Part shown: in pieces, positions 27,283 through 38,311 of the stretch
How the letters are laid out: each line of letters starts with the position of its first letter
Position numbering within the stretch: position 1 is the first letter of the stretch
From: Solirubrobacterales bacterium
GTDB lineage: Bacteria; Actinomycetota; UBA4738; HRBIN12
Direction of reading: 5' to 3'
Length of the DNA: 44,394 bases
Assembly (NCBI GenBank): GCA_050259555.1
Contig: JBLNAW010000220.1
Coordinates: 1-44,394 of the forward strand
Notes under the pieces: model-generated
The model's database searches: none
What the model was told of the DNA's origin: nothing
The model's input: only the letters and a program-made list of their open reading frames with translations
Translations under genes and position numbers: made by a program

Positions 27283-30200
27283 ATGCAGCGCTTCGAGGCG
27301 GTCGACCCGAAGGTCCGCTTCACCGAGCTCGAGCAACGCATCCTCAGCTTCTGGCGCGAGGCCGACGTGTTCCATCGCCAGCTCGAGGAGCGCCGTGGAG
27401 GCCCGCTGTGGGTCTTCTACGAGGGCCCGCCGACGGCGAACGGCCGCCCCGGCATCCACCACACCGAGTCCCGCACCTTCAAGGACGTCTACCCACGGTT
27501 CAAGGCGATGACGGGCCACTACGTCCCCCGCAAGGCGGGCTGGGACTGCCACGGCCTCCCCGTCGAGCTGGAGGTCGAGCGCGAGATCGGCACGAAGACG
27601 AAGCGCGACATCGAGGCCTTCGGCATCGCCGAGTTCAACCAGCGATGCCGGGACTCCGTGAGCCGCTACGTCGATGATTGGGAGAGGGTCACGGAGCGGC
27701 TGGGCTTCTGGATCGACACCGACGACGCCTACTGGACGATGAACACCGGCTACATCGAGAGCGTCTGGTGGTCGCTGAAGCGCCTGCACGAGCGGGGCCT
27801 GCTCTTCGAGGCCGACAAGGTGACCACCTACTGCCCGCGGTGCGGGACCGCGCTCTCGGACGCCGAGACCGCGATGGGCTACACCGACGTCGAGGACCCG
27901 AGCGTGTTCATCACGTTCCGGATCCTCGAGGCGGACGATCCCTCGCTCGTCGGCGCGTCGCTGCTCGGATGGACCACGACCCCCTGGACGCTGATCTCGA
28001 ACACGGGCGTCGCCGTCGCCGAGGACGCCACGTACGTCGAGGTCGAGCGCGAGGGATCGCGCCTGATCCTGGCCGCCGCCCTCCGCGAGCAGGTCCTTCC
28101 CGGCTCGACCGAGATCCGCTCGCTCCCGGGCCGCGCCCTCGTGGGCGTGCGGTACGAGGCGCTGTACCCGAACGTCCAAGGCGCGCACCGCGTCGTCGCG
28201 GCGGACTTCGTCCGGCTCGAGGACGGCACCGGCATCGTGCACATGGCGCCCGCGTTCGGCGCCGAGGACCTCGAGGTGGGTCGCCGCGAGAGCTGGCCGA
28301 TGTACAAGCCGATCGACGGGGAGGGCCGGTTCACCGACGAGGCGCCGGCGTTCGTCCGCGGTCGTTTCTTCAAGGACGCCGATCCACTCATCACCGAGGA
28401 CCTGCACGCGCGCGGCCTGCTCCTCCGTGCCGAGACGATCGTGCACATGTACCCGCTCTGCTGGCGCTGCAGCACGCCGCTCCTGTACTACGCCCGCACC
28501 TCCTGGTACGTCGGCACGACGCAGGTCCGGGACCGCCTCCTCGAGGTCAACGACTCGGTCAACTGGTTCCCGGATCACATCAAGCACGGCCGGTACGGCG
28601 ACTGGCTCGAGAACAACGTGGACTGGGCCCTCTCGCGCGAGCGTTACTGGGGCACACCGCTCCCCCTGTGGCGATGCGAGCACGGTCACGTGACCGCGAT
28701 CGGCTCCCTGCGCGAACTCTCGGAGCGAGCAGGTCGAGACCTCACCGCGATCGACCCGCATCGCCCCGCGATCGACGAGGTCACCTTCACGTGCGGGACG
28801 TGCGGGGATCCGGCGCGCCGGGTGCCCGAGGTGATCGACACCTGGTACGACTCGGGCGCGATGCCGTTCGCGCAGTGGGACTACCACCCCGACCTCGGCC
28901 GGGGGCTCGAGCGGTTCGCCGAACGGTTCCCCGCCGACTTCATCTCCGAGGCGATCGACCAGACCCGCGGCTGGTTCTACACGCTCATGGCCGAGGGGGT
29001 GTTGCACTTCGACTCGACCACGTACCGCAACGTGGTCTGCCTCGGTCACATGGTGGACGCCGAGGGACGCAAGATGAGCAAGAGCCTCGGCAACACGATC
29101 GATCCTTGGGATGTCTTGAACCGGCAGGGTGCGGACGCGCTGCGCTGGTTCCTGATCACGACGGGCTCGCCCTGGGCCTCACGCCGGGTCGGGATGGAGA
29201 TCCTGGACGAGGTCGTCCGCCAGTTCCAGCTCACGCTCTGGAACGTGTACGCGTTCTTCGTCACCTACGCGAACGCGAGTGACTTCGATCCCGCCGAGGG
29301 CGAGGAGGTTCCGGTCGCCGAGCGGCCCGTGCTCGACCGGTGGGTGCTCTCGCAGCTCTCGGCGACGGCCGGCGAAGCACGCGAGCGGCTCGATGCGTAC
29401 GACGCGACGGGGGCGGGCCGGCGCATCGCCCGCTTCCTCGACGACCTGTCGAACTGGTACGTGCGCAGGGCGCGTCGCCGCTTCTGGGATCCGGGCGGAA
29501 CCGGGGGCGCCGAGACGCGGGCCGCCTTCCTCACGCTGCACGAGTGCCTCACGACCCTCTCGCAGCTGCTCGCACCGTTCACCCCGTTCCTCGCCGAGGA
29601 GCTCTGGCGCAACCTCGCCGCACGGTCCGTGGGTGTGGACTCGGTCCACCTCACCGACTACCCGGTCGGTGACCGCGCGCTCGTCGACGCGGAGCTCGAC
29701 GCGGCGATGGATGCGGCTCGACAGGTGGTGGAGCTCGGGCGGCGGATCCGGACCGAGACGCGGGTCCGGGTGCGCCAGCCGCTGCTCGAGGCCGTGGTGC
29801 ATCTCCCGGGCGGCCACGATGCGTTGCGGGCGCTCCTCCCGCTCGTCGCCGAGGAGTTGAACGTCAAGGAGGTCCGCTTCGCCGAGTCGGCGGAGGTGTT
29901 CGGCCGCTGGCGGGCCAAGCCGAACTTCCGTGCGCTCGGACCGCGGCTCGGCCCCGGCGTCCAGCAGGTCGCGACCGCGCTCGCGGCCGACGACGGGTCG
30001 CTCGCCGCGGCGCTCGCGCGGGGCGAGACCGTTTCCGTCGACGACGTGACGCTCGAGCCCGACGACGTGGATCTCGTGCAGGAGACCCTGGAGGGATGGG
30101 GCGTCGCGGCCGAGAGCGGCATCACGGTTGCGCTCGAGCTCGAGCTCACGCCGGAGCTTCGGCGTGAAGGTCTGGCGCGCGAGCTCGTCCGCTTGGTCCA

Positions 30201-30420
30201 GGACGCGCGCAAGGCGGCCGGTCTCGAGGTGAGCGATCGCATCCTGCTCGGCGTCGAGACGCAGGGGGAGCTCGCCGACGCCATCGCGGCCCACGGCGAC
30301 CAGGTGGCCGGCGAGACCCTCGCGCGGGAGCTGTCGCCGACCGCCGTGACGGGCGCGACCTATCGGCAGGACGCCGAGATCGAGGGCTCAGCCCTGACGA
30401 TCACGCTGCGACGGGCCTGA
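27283..30420 (+). CDS. ileS: isoleucyl-tRNA synthetase (type 2, actinobacterial/eukaryote-like length)
   Basis: ATG at 27283 preceded by GAGGAGGAGGA. Contains PPTANGRPGIHH (HIGH region), KMSKSLGN, and CP1 editing and anticodon-binding regions. 1045 aa. The first 43 codons of track ORF 27154..30420 overlap the T-box. Confidence 0.95.
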   Translation: MQRFEAVDPKVRFTELEQRILSFWREADVFHRQLEERRGGPLWVFYEGPPTANGRPGIHHTESRTFKDVYPRFKAMTGHYVPRKAGWDCHGLPVELEVEREIGTKTKRDIEAFGIAEFNQRCRDSVSRYVDDWERVTERLGFWIDTDDAYWTMNTGYIESVWWSLKRLHERGLLFEADKVTTYCPRCGTALSDAETAMGYTDVEDPSVFITFRILEADDPSLVGASLLGWTTTPWTLISNTGVAVAEDATYVEVEREGSRLILAAALREQVLPGSTEIRSLPGRALVGVRYEALYPNVQGAHRVVAADFVRLEDGTGIVHMAPAFGAEDLEVGRRESWPMYKPIDGEGRFTDEAPAFVRGRFFKDADPLITEDLHARGLLLRAETIVHMYPLCWRCSTPLLYYARTSWYVGTTQVRDRLLEVNDSVNWFPDHIKHGRYGDWLENNVDWALSRERYWGTPLPLWRCEHGHVTAIGSLRELSERAGRDLTAIDPHRPAIDEVTFTCGTCGDPARRVPEVIDTWYDSGAMPFAQWDYHPDLGRGLERFAERFPADFISEAIDQTRGWFYTLMAEGVLHFDSTTYRNVVCLGHMVDAEGRKMSKSLGNTIDPWDVLNRQGADALRWFLITTGSPWASRRVGMEILDEVVRQFQLTLWNVYAFFVTYANASDFDPAEGEEVPVAERPVLDRWVLSQLSATAGEARERLDAYDATGAGRRIARFLDDLSNWYVRRARRRFWDPGGTGGAETRAAFLTLHECLTTLSQLLAPFTPFLAEELWRNLAARSVGVDSVHLTDYPVGDRALVDAELDAAMDAARQVVELGRRIRTETRVRVRQPLLEAVVHLPGGHDALRALLPLVAEELNVKEVRFAESAEVFGRWRAKPNFRALGPRLGPGVQQVATALAADDGSLAAALARGETVSVDDVTLEPDDVDLVQETLEGWGVAAESGITVALELELTPELRREGLARELVRLVQDARKAAGLEVSDRILLGVETQGELADAIAAHGDQVAGETLARELSPTAVTGATYRQDAEIEGSALTITLRRA

Positions 30421-30603
30421 GCTCCTCGTCACGCCCGCCCAGAGCAGGATCAACGCACCGGCGGCGGCACCGAGCGAGAGCGCGATCGGTTCCGCCTCGT
30501 CGCTCGCGATCCCGATCAGGAGCGTCCCAGCGGACGCGAGCACCAGGACGAACGCGGCGGCATAGAGCAGCGTGGCGCGGCGACCCGGAGGGTCCTGCGT
30601 CAG
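30388..30603 (-). CDS. possible small two-TM membrane protein (71 aa) with a non-canonical CTG start overlapping the divIVA stop
   Basis: Not in the track. My translation is (L/M)TQDPPGRRATLLYAAAFVLVLASAGTLLIGIASDEAEPIALSLGAAAGALILLWAGVTRSSGPSQRDRQG. It has two clear hydrophobic helices and high GC3. The frame has no ATG/GTG/TTG before the first helix, but CTG at 30603 forms a CTGA overlap with the divIVA TGA. Confidence 0.3.
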   Translation of the reverse strand: MTQDPPGRRATLLYAAAFVLVLASAGTLLIGIASDEAEPIALSLGAAAGALILLWAGVTRSSGPSQRDRQG

Positions 30604-31310
30604 TCCTCGCCCCAGAACAGCTCTCGGAGCGAGCGTTCACCGGAGTCCGTGCGGAGCCGGGCCGGCGTCGGCTCGGGGACCGGCTCCCCGGCGTCGTCGG
30701 CGGAGACCTCGGCCTCCTCCTCGGCCGCGGGGACGGTGATCGGCGCGAAGGCTTCCTCGGCGCTCGCACCCGCCGACCCCTGCTCCGGCTCGGTCTCCAC
30801 GATCGGTGCCGAGGCCGTCGCCGCCGGCGTGCCGGATGCCTCCGCTCGCGCACGCAGAGCCAAGACCATCTGTTTGACCTCCTCGGCATGACCTTGCACG
30901 AGAGCGCCGAGGCTCTGGAGGAACTCGCGCTCGGTGTTCAGGAACGGAGCGACCGCCGCACGCGAGTCGCCCGCCGGCGCGCCGGATGCGGCCGCTCGGG
31001 CATGGGCGTCGCGCACGATCCGGGCGGCCTCGTCACGCGCATCCGCGACGATGCGCTGGGCCTCCGACCGAGCCGAGCCGACGTCCGCCGAGGCCGGCGC
31101 GGCCGCTGCGGCCGGCTGCCCCGCGCGAAGGCGCTGGTTCTCCTCGATGTACGCGGAGAGGTCCTCGGTCACCCGGTCCAAGAACGCGTCGACGTCCCGC
31201 TCGCTGTACCCGCGGAACGCGAGGCGGAACTCCACCTGCTGCACGTCGGCGGGCGTGACCCGCCCGCTCGCGCCGGGCGCCATCTCGCCCTCGGACTTCT
31301 TCCTCCGCAT
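30600..31310 (-). CDS. divIVA: DivIVA-domain cell-division/polar growth protein
   Basis: TPADVQQVEFRLAFRGYSERDVDAFLDRVTEDL is the DivIVA N-terminal signature, followed by a coiled-coil and Ala-rich region. ATG at 31310 with an upstream GGGGGAAGG; alternative ATG at 31283. Confidence 0.85.
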   Translation of the reverse strand: MRRKKSEGEMAPGASGRVTPADVQQVEFRLAFRGYSERDVDAFLDRVTEDLSAYIEENQRLRAGQPAAAAAPASADVGSARSEAQRIVADARDEAARIVRDAHARAAASGAPAGDSRAAVAPFLNTEREFLQSLGALVQGHAEEVKQMVLALRARAEASGTPAATASAPIVETEPEQGSAGASAEEAFAPITVPAAEEEAEVSADDAGEPVPEPTPARLRTDSGERSLRELFWGED

Positions 31311-31337
31311 GACCTTCCCCCCCGCCGTCCCGGCGCA

Positions 31338-31631
31338 CTAACAGTTCAGAGCGATCCGCAGGACCGCAAGGATAACGAACGCGACGATGATCGAGATGTC
31401 GAGCCCGACCCCGCCGGCACGGACGGGCGGGATGATGGCCCGGAGCGGCCGCAGGACCGGTTCGGTCACGTCGTCCAGGAGGTCGAGCGCCCACCGGAGC
31501 GGACCGGTGACGGGGGGCCGGAACCCGAAGAGCGTCGCCCAGGACGCGATCACCTTGATGAACAGGATGAGGGTGTACGCGGTGATGACGACGCACAGGA
31601 CGCTCACGAGGGCGCTCTCGGCGGCGATCAT
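31338..31631 (-). CDS. yggT: YggT-family membrane protein
   Basis: 97 aa with 2-3 TM segments and the pattern ILFIKVIASW...P..R.L..VTEPVLRPLR..IP, in the conserved position between sepF and divIVA. Confidence 0.85.
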   Translation of the reverse strand: MIAAESALVSVLCVVITAYTLILFIKVIASWATLFGFRPPVTGPLRWALDLLDDVTEPVLRPLRAIIPPVRAGGVGLDISIIVAFVILAVLRIALNC

Positions 31632-31658
31632 CGGTCCGGTGCCCGGTGCCCGAGGGTC

Positions 31659-32135
31659 TCAGAACTGGTTATAGATGCCGCCCCCGGCGAGCCGCTCACG
31701 GTCCTCGGCGGAGACCTCGATGTTCGCGGGCGTGAGCAGGTACACGCGGTTCGCGACCATCTCGATCTTCCCGTCGAGCCCGTAGACGAGGCCGGAGGCG
31801 AAGTCCACGAGGCGTCGCGCGATCGTGTCGTCGGTGCTCTGCAGGTTCATGATGACCGGGATGCCGTCCTTGAATCGGTCGGCGATCTCGCGTGCCTCGT
31901 TGAAGCGCCTGGGCTCGGACTTGTGGATCGCGGAGGCGGTCGAGGGCCGCGTGGACGGGATCGTCCGCACCATGCCCTCGTGCTCGTCAGCGATCACCTC
32001 GCGGACCGGCTGTGGACGATGGATGCTCCGGACCTCGGCCTGCCGAGGCTGCGCGGCGACCTCGTCGAGCTCGTCGTACTCCTCGTCCTCCACGAGCCCG
32101 AGATAGGTCAGCGTCTTCTTCCACACGCCTGGCAT
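31659..32135 (-). CDS. sepF: cell division protein SepF
   Basis: ATG at 32135 gives MPGVWKKTLTYLGLVEDE (the membrane-targeting N-terminus). The C-terminal domain contains FNEAREIADRFKDGIPVIMNL...RRLVDFASGLVYGLDG...VYLLTP. Confidence 0.9.
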   Translation of the reverse strand: MPGVWKKTLTYLGLVEDEEYDELDEVAAQPRQAEVRSIHRPQPVREVIADEHEGMVRTIPSTRPSTASAIHKSEPRRFNEAREIADRFKDGIPVIMNLQSTDDTIARRLVDFASGLVYGLDGKIEMVANRVYLLTPANIEVSAEDRERLAGGGIYNQF

Positions 32136-32149
32136 CGCTCCTCCCCTGG

Positions 32150-32842
32150 TCACCTCGGCGGCCGTTCGCCGAACAGGGCCGTACCGATGCGGACCATCGT
32201 AGCGCCTTCCTCCACGGCAACCGCGTAATCGAGGGACATTCCCATCGAAAGTTCCGACGCCTGCGGATGCCGCTCACGGACACGTTCGAGCAGCTCACGG
32301 AGCCGGCGGAAGTACGGGCGCGCGTCCTCGGCATCCGGGGTGAGCGGCGGAAGCGTCATGAGTCCGTCGAGCTCGAGCCCGGGCATCGACGCCACTGCGT
32401 CGCACGCATCGAGCGCGTCCTCGGGCGCCACGCCGGTGCGCTTGCCCGTGAAGTCGACCTCGACGAGGGCAGAGAGCGTGCGGCCGGCCTCGAGCGCCCG
32501 GCGCGAGAGCCGATCGAGCGCCCTGCCCGGCACCGCCGTCTCGACGACGTCGGCGAGCTCGGCGAGGTGATGGGCGCTGCTCCGTTGCACGGTCCCGATG
32601 AAGTGCCACGTCGCCCCGGCAACCAGCTCGCGCTTCACCTGGAGCTCCTGCACGTAGTTCTCCCCGAGGTCTCGGATGCCGGCCTCGACGACCCACCCGA
32701 GCACCTCCGCCTCGACGGTCTTGCCGGCCCCGACGACACGGACGCCCGTTGGGTCCCGACCGGAGCGCTCGCAGGCGGTCCGCACCCCACGGCGGATGCC
32801 GGCGAGGTTCTCGAGCACGACGTCCCGGGATCGGTCGCTCAT
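32150..32842 (-). CDS. yggS: YggS-family pyridoxal-phosphate homeostasis protein
   Basis: 230 aa alanine-racemase-N-fold pattern: GENYVQEL, WHFIGTVQ, LMTLPP, SMGMSLDY and VRIGTALFG. Confidence 0.85.
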   Translation of the reverse strand: MSDRSRDVVLENLAGIRRGVRTACERSGRDPTGVRVVGAGKTVEAEVLGWVVEAGIRDLGENYVQELQVKRELVAGATWHFIGTVQRSSAHHLAELADVVETAVPGRALDRLSRRALEAGRTLSALVEVDFTGKRTGVAPEDALDACDAVASMPGLELDGLMTLPPLTPDAEDARPYFRRLRELLERVRERHPQASELSMGMSLDYAVAVEEGATMVRIGTALFGERPPR

Positions 32843-32896
32843 CAGCGTTCAGCACGATACAACGGTATCGTCTCGTTGACAGACGTAACAGCCGGT

Positions 32897-33703
32897 TCAG
32901 CCGGCGAGGCGCATCCCGAGCGCGAGATGACGACCCGTCGTGCCGTCGCGCCGGAACGAGAAGAACCGGTCGCTCTCGCAGGCCGTGCACAGGCCGGTGT
33001 CCTCGACACGTCGGATGCCCTGGGCCCGCAGGACCGCACGGGCGGTCCCGACGAGGTCGAGGAACCGTCGGCCCTCCCTGCGCTCGCTGACGGCCCCTGC
33101 CGGAGACCCCGCCGAAACCGCCAGTGCGACGTCCTCGCCGACCTCGTAGTGGCACGGTCCGATCGCCGGGCCGATCGCGACACGGACCTCCGCGCGATCG
33201 GCGAAGACCTCGACGGCGCGTTGGAGCGCCCCCGTGGCGAGCCCCCGCCACCCTGCGTGCACGAGGACGATCCTTCCCTCCCGAGGATCGCCGAGGATCG
33301 CGATCACGCAGTCGGCGCTGAAGGCCCCGAGCCCGATGCCGGCCGATCTCGTCGTGGTCCCGTCCGCCTTCGAGAGGAGCTCGGCCGGTTCCGCGTACCC
33401 GTCGGCCGCTCGGGTCCTGCCGACCGGGAGGATGGACGTCCCGTGGACGAGGCCGGGAACGCAGAAGCGCTCGATCCCGAAGGCCGACGCGACCCGCCGG
33501 CGGTTCTCGCGCACGGCGGCCTCGTCGTCCCCGACCTGGAAGGAGCCGTTCAGCGACGCGTAGGGCTCGGCGCTCACTCCTCCCGTGCGCTCGAGGAACG
33601 CCGCGAGGAACCCCGCCCGCTGGAGCGGCGCCGAGACGAGCGCCACCATCCCGCCCTCCAGCACCCGCCGCTCGAGATCGGCCACGGCGTCCGATGCTCC
33701 CAT
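32897..33703 (-). CDS. pgeF: YfiH/PgeF (DUF152, laccase-domain) family protein
   Basis: GLVHGT, SADCV, LVHAGWRG, GPAIGPCHYEVG, and CTACESDRFFSFRRDG near the C-terminus. ATG at 33703; the upstream part of the track ORF is Arg-rich run-on. Confidence 0.8.
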   Translation of the reverse strand: MGASDAVADLERRVLEGGMVALVSAPLQRAGFLAAFLERTGGVSAEPYASLNGSFQVGDDEAAVRENRRRVASAFGIERFCVPGLVHGTSILPVGRTRAADGYAEPAELLSKADGTTTRSAGIGLGAFSADCVIAILGDPREGRIVLVHAGWRGLATGALQRAVEVFADRAEVRVAIGPAIGPCHYEVGEDVALAVSAGSPAGAVSERREGRRFLDLVGTARAVLRAQGIRRVEDTGLCTACESDRFFSFRRDGTTGRHLALGMRLAG

Positions 33704-33833
33704 ACGAACGGACCGGCGGCGCCGAGGCCGGACATGGAAGAGGGGGCGGGGACCGGTCCCAGAGGCGGGGGAAGGTCGCCTCTGATCCGCTTCGTCCCCG
33801 CCCCCACGGACCATCCGCGTGGGCGGATCGGAT

Positions 33834-35018
33834 CTAGCTCTTCAGGAAGTCCGGGATGTCCAGGTCCTCCTCGGCGTCGAACGACACCGTCTCGGGCGCC
33901 GGTCGGAAGATCTCGTCCTCGTCGTCCACCAGGATCGATGGCATCGGCGCGGGGGCCTCTTCGAGCTCGCCGCCACCGAAGGTCGCCGCCGCCGGAACCG
34001 GCTCGGCTGCCGGCTCCGGCGTCTCGAGCAGCCGCGAGATCCGGCTCTCGAACGTCGCCGGCGCGGCCAGCAGCTTGTCGAACCCGGCCGCGATCACCGT
34101 GACCCGGACCTCCCCGCCGAGCGCGTCGTCGACGACCGCGCCGAAGATGATGTTCGCGTCGGGGTGTGCCACCCGCGTGATGGCGTCGGCCGCCTTGTTC
34201 ACTTCGTGAAGGGTGAGGTCGGTGGGCCCGGCGATCGAGAGCAGGACGCCGCGCGCCCCCTCGATCGAGGACTCGAGCAGCGGTGAGCTGATCGCGCTCT
34301 TCGCGGCCTCCTCGGCCCGGTCTTCGCCCGACCCCAGGCCGATCCCCATCAGCGCCGAGCCGGCGCCGGTCATCACCGAACGGACGTCGGCGAAGTCGAG
34401 GTTGATGAGCCCCGGCGTCGTGATGAGCGACGTGATGCCGTCGACCCCTTGGAACAGGACCTGGTCGGCCATCCGGAACGCGTCCATGATCGGCGTGTTC
34501 GGGTCGGAGACCTGGAGCAGGCGATCGTTCGGCACGACGATCAGCGTGTCGACCGCCTTCTTCAATTCGGTGATGCCCATGTCTGCTTGGGTCGCGCGCA
34601 TGCGGCCCTCGAACCCGAACGGACGGGTGACGACCCCGATCGTGAGCGCGCCGAGGTTGCGTGCGATCTCGGCGACGATCGGCGCGCCGCCGGTGCCGGT
34701 GCCTCCGCCTTCACCAGCGGTGACGAACACCATGTCGGCGCCCTTCAAGATCTCCTCGACCTCGTCCATGTGCTCGTCGACCGCGCGGCGTCCGACGTCG
34801 GGATCCGACCCAGCGCCGAGGCCTCTCGTGGTCTCCCGGCCGATGTCGAGCTTCACCTCGGCGTCGGACATGAGCAACGTCTGCGCATCCGTGTTGATCG
34901 CGATGAACTCCACGCCCCGCAGACCTGCCTCGATCATGCGGTTCACCGCGTTCACACCGCCCCCGCCGATCCCGACCACCTTGATGACGGCGAGGTAGTT
35001 CGAAGGAGAATCGATCAC
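33834..35018 (-). CDS. ftsZ: cell division GTPase FtsZ
   Basis: [17 protein letters not shown], the tubulin signature [15 protein letters not shown], and the C-terminal peptide [13 protein letters not shown] at 35018 with GGAGG 7 nt upstream. Confidence 0.97.
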   Translation of the reverse strand: MIDSPSNYLAVIKVVGIGGGGVNAVNRMIEAGLRGVEFIAINTDAQTLLMSDAEVKLDIGRETTRGLGAGSDPDVGRRAVDEHMDEVEEILKGADMVFVTAGEGGGTGTGGAPIVAEIARNLGALTIGVVTRPFGFEGRMRATQADMGITELKKAVDTLIVVPNDRLLQVSDPNTPIMDAFRMADQVLFQGVDGITSLITTPGLINLDFADVRSVMTGAGSALMGIGLGSGEDRAEEAAKSAISSPLLESSIEGARGVLLSIAGPTDLTLHEVNKAADAITRVAHPDANIIFGAVVDDALGGEVRVTVIAAGFDKLLAAPATFESRISRLLETPEPAAEPVPAAATFGGGELEEAPAPMPSILVDDEDEIFRPAPETVSFDAEEDLDIPDFLKS

Positions 35019-35140
35019 CGAAACCTCCGTCTCCGAGGCCTCACGCCTCGTTCTACCTGGGGAAACGCCGTTCCCATCCGCTTCACACTGAACCTCAACT
35101 CGAACGTTATTGTTATATCTACCTACACTGGACCTTCGCC

Positions 35141-35169
35141 ACCCTACTATCGAAGCCCTGGCCCGTCAA
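35141..35169 (-). promoter_or_regulatory. candidate ftsZ promoter (TTGACG-17 nt-TAGGGT on the minus strand)
   Basis: On the minus strand, TTGACG is at 35169-35164 and TAGGGT (TAnnnT) at 35146-35141. It lies in the 212-nt ftsQ-ftsZ gap, which also holds an unusually AT-rich stretch at ~35090-35130. Confidence 0.3.
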
Positions 35170-35230
35170 TGGGTTGGGTGTCGCCGTCGCAGTCAGCTTG
35201 TGCTCAACCCTGACAGTTCAGCCAAGCGCG

Positions 35231-35983
35231 TCAGGCGACCGGCGCGACGGCCGGCGCGCTCGGCGCGCTGACGTCGAGCAGACGGATCTTCTCTCCCGTC
35301 GTCTGCGTCCACGCCAGGACGTCGGCGATGGCGATGGCCTTGTCCGCGAACGCGCGAGCCGAGCCGTAGGAGATGCGGAGTCCATCGCTCAGGAACAACT
35401 CGAGGCCGCTCGGTGAACTGGTGTCGACCCGCCGAACCATGTCCCGCACGTTCGGGTCGAGGGCCGCGAGCGCGCGGGCGACCCCCGCGACGGGCGGTGA
35501 CGGCACCGAGCCGACCCACGACGGCGGTGCCTCGATCAGGGGGAGGGCCGGTCCCTGCGCCGGCCCGAGGAGCGTGCCGTCGCCGGCGACCAACACGTCG
35601 CTCGTCCCGCGCTCGAGAACCGCGATCGGTGAGCGTTCGGTGACGGTGATGGTGACCGTCCATGGGAGGTCGACCCTCACGTCCGCCGACGCAACCCACG
35701 GGTTCTCGGTCAGCCTCGCCTCCGCGGTCGACTCGTCGAGCCAGATGGCGTTGTCGTGCTTCGTGATCCCCGAGAGCCGGACGATCTCACCCCGCGAGAG
35801 GTGATCCCCGCCGGCGACATCGATGCTCCGCACATGGAACCAGTGGCTCCCGGTGACGGCGAGCCCGACCGCGGCGAGCACCACTGCCGTGCCCGCGATC
35901 GCCAACCAACGCCAGCCCTGCGAGAGGGCTCGACGGAGCCGTGACGCATGGACCTCAGTAGGGAACGCGATCGAACTCGCCAA
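35231..35983 (-). CDS. ftsQ: cell division protein FtsQ (POTRA domain)
   Basis: Single TM (WRWLAIAGTAVVLAAVGLAV), then POTRA-like FHVRSIDVAGGDHLSRGEIVRLSGI and an FtsQ body. The only in-frame start upstream of the TM is TTG at 35983 (29-nt overlap with murB), so the start is uncertain. Confidence 0.75.
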   Translation of the reverse strand: MASSIAFPTEVHASRLRRALSQGWRWLAIAGTAVVLAAVGLAVTGSHWFHVRSIDVAGGDHLSRGEIVRLSGITKHDNAIWLDESTAEARLTENPWVASADVRVDLPWTVTITVTERSPIAVLERGTSDVLVAGDGTLLGPAQGPALPLIEAPPSWVGSVPSPPVAGVARALAALDPNVRDMVRRVDTSSPSGLELFLSDGLRISYGSARAFADKAIAIADVLAWTQTTGEKIRLLDVSAPSAPAVAPVA

Positions 35984-36883
35984 CGAGATGCACCTCCGGC
36001 TCGAGTCGGATGTCCGAGCGCTCGAGGACGCGCTCCTGGACCGTCCGGATGAGATCGACGACGTCGGCGGCGCGCGCGCCGTCCGTCGTCACGATGAAGT
36101 TCGCGTGCTTCCGTGAGACGGTTGCCCCGCCGACCCTCGACCCTTTCAGCCCCGCTTCGTCGATGAGGCGGGCCGCGTCGTGGTCGGGCGGGTTCTTGAA
36201 GACGCTGCCGCAGTTCGGTTCGGCGAGCGGTTGGTGCTGGCGGCGCCACTCCCGGACCTCGTCCATCCGGGTTCGGATCTCCGCCCGGTCGCCGGGCTCG
36301 AGCCGCATCGTCGCCTGTACGACCACGCACCCGGCGGGAAGGGCCGAGCGCCGGTACCCGAACCCGGCATCGCCCGCCGCGATGACGAGCGGCTCGCAGC
36401 TCCCCAGGTCGTAGAGGCCGATCGTCTCGAGGACGTCGGCGAGCGCACCACCGTGGGCGCCGGCGTTCATACGAACCCCGCCTCCGAACGATGCGGGGAT
36501 CGCGACCGCCCACTCGATCCCGGACAGGCCGTGACCGAGCGCCACCCCGGCGAGTGCGGGTAGGGGCATCGCGCCTCCGGCCGTGAGCCGCTCACCCTCG
36601 TGCGAGGTCCACCGGAACGCTCGCCCCAGACGCACCGCCAAGCCCCGGAACCCGGCGTCGGACACGAGCACGTTCGACCCCTTCCCGAGGATCACGAGGG
36701 GGACCCCGGTCTCGCGGACCGCCCGGCCGGATGCGGCCAGATCCTCCTCGGATCCCACCTCGAGGTAGAGGGCGGCCGGACCTCCGATGCGGAAGGTCGT
36801 GAGCGGTGCGAGCGGGAAGGAGGTTCGGAGGCGCTCGCCACACGCGGTCCGAAGGATCTCCTCCGCGCGGGCGAGATCCTCGG

Positions 36884-36887
<4 letters not shown>
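35955..36887 (-). CDS. murB: UDP-N-acetylenolpyruvoylglucosamine reductase
   Basis: GTG at 36887 overlaps the murC stop (GTGA). 310 aa with TTFRIGGPA, ILGKGSNVLVSD, AGAHGG, GSVFKNP and HANFIV. Confidence 0.9.
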
Positions 36888-38307
<1,420 letters not shown>

Positions 38308-38311
<4 letters not shown>

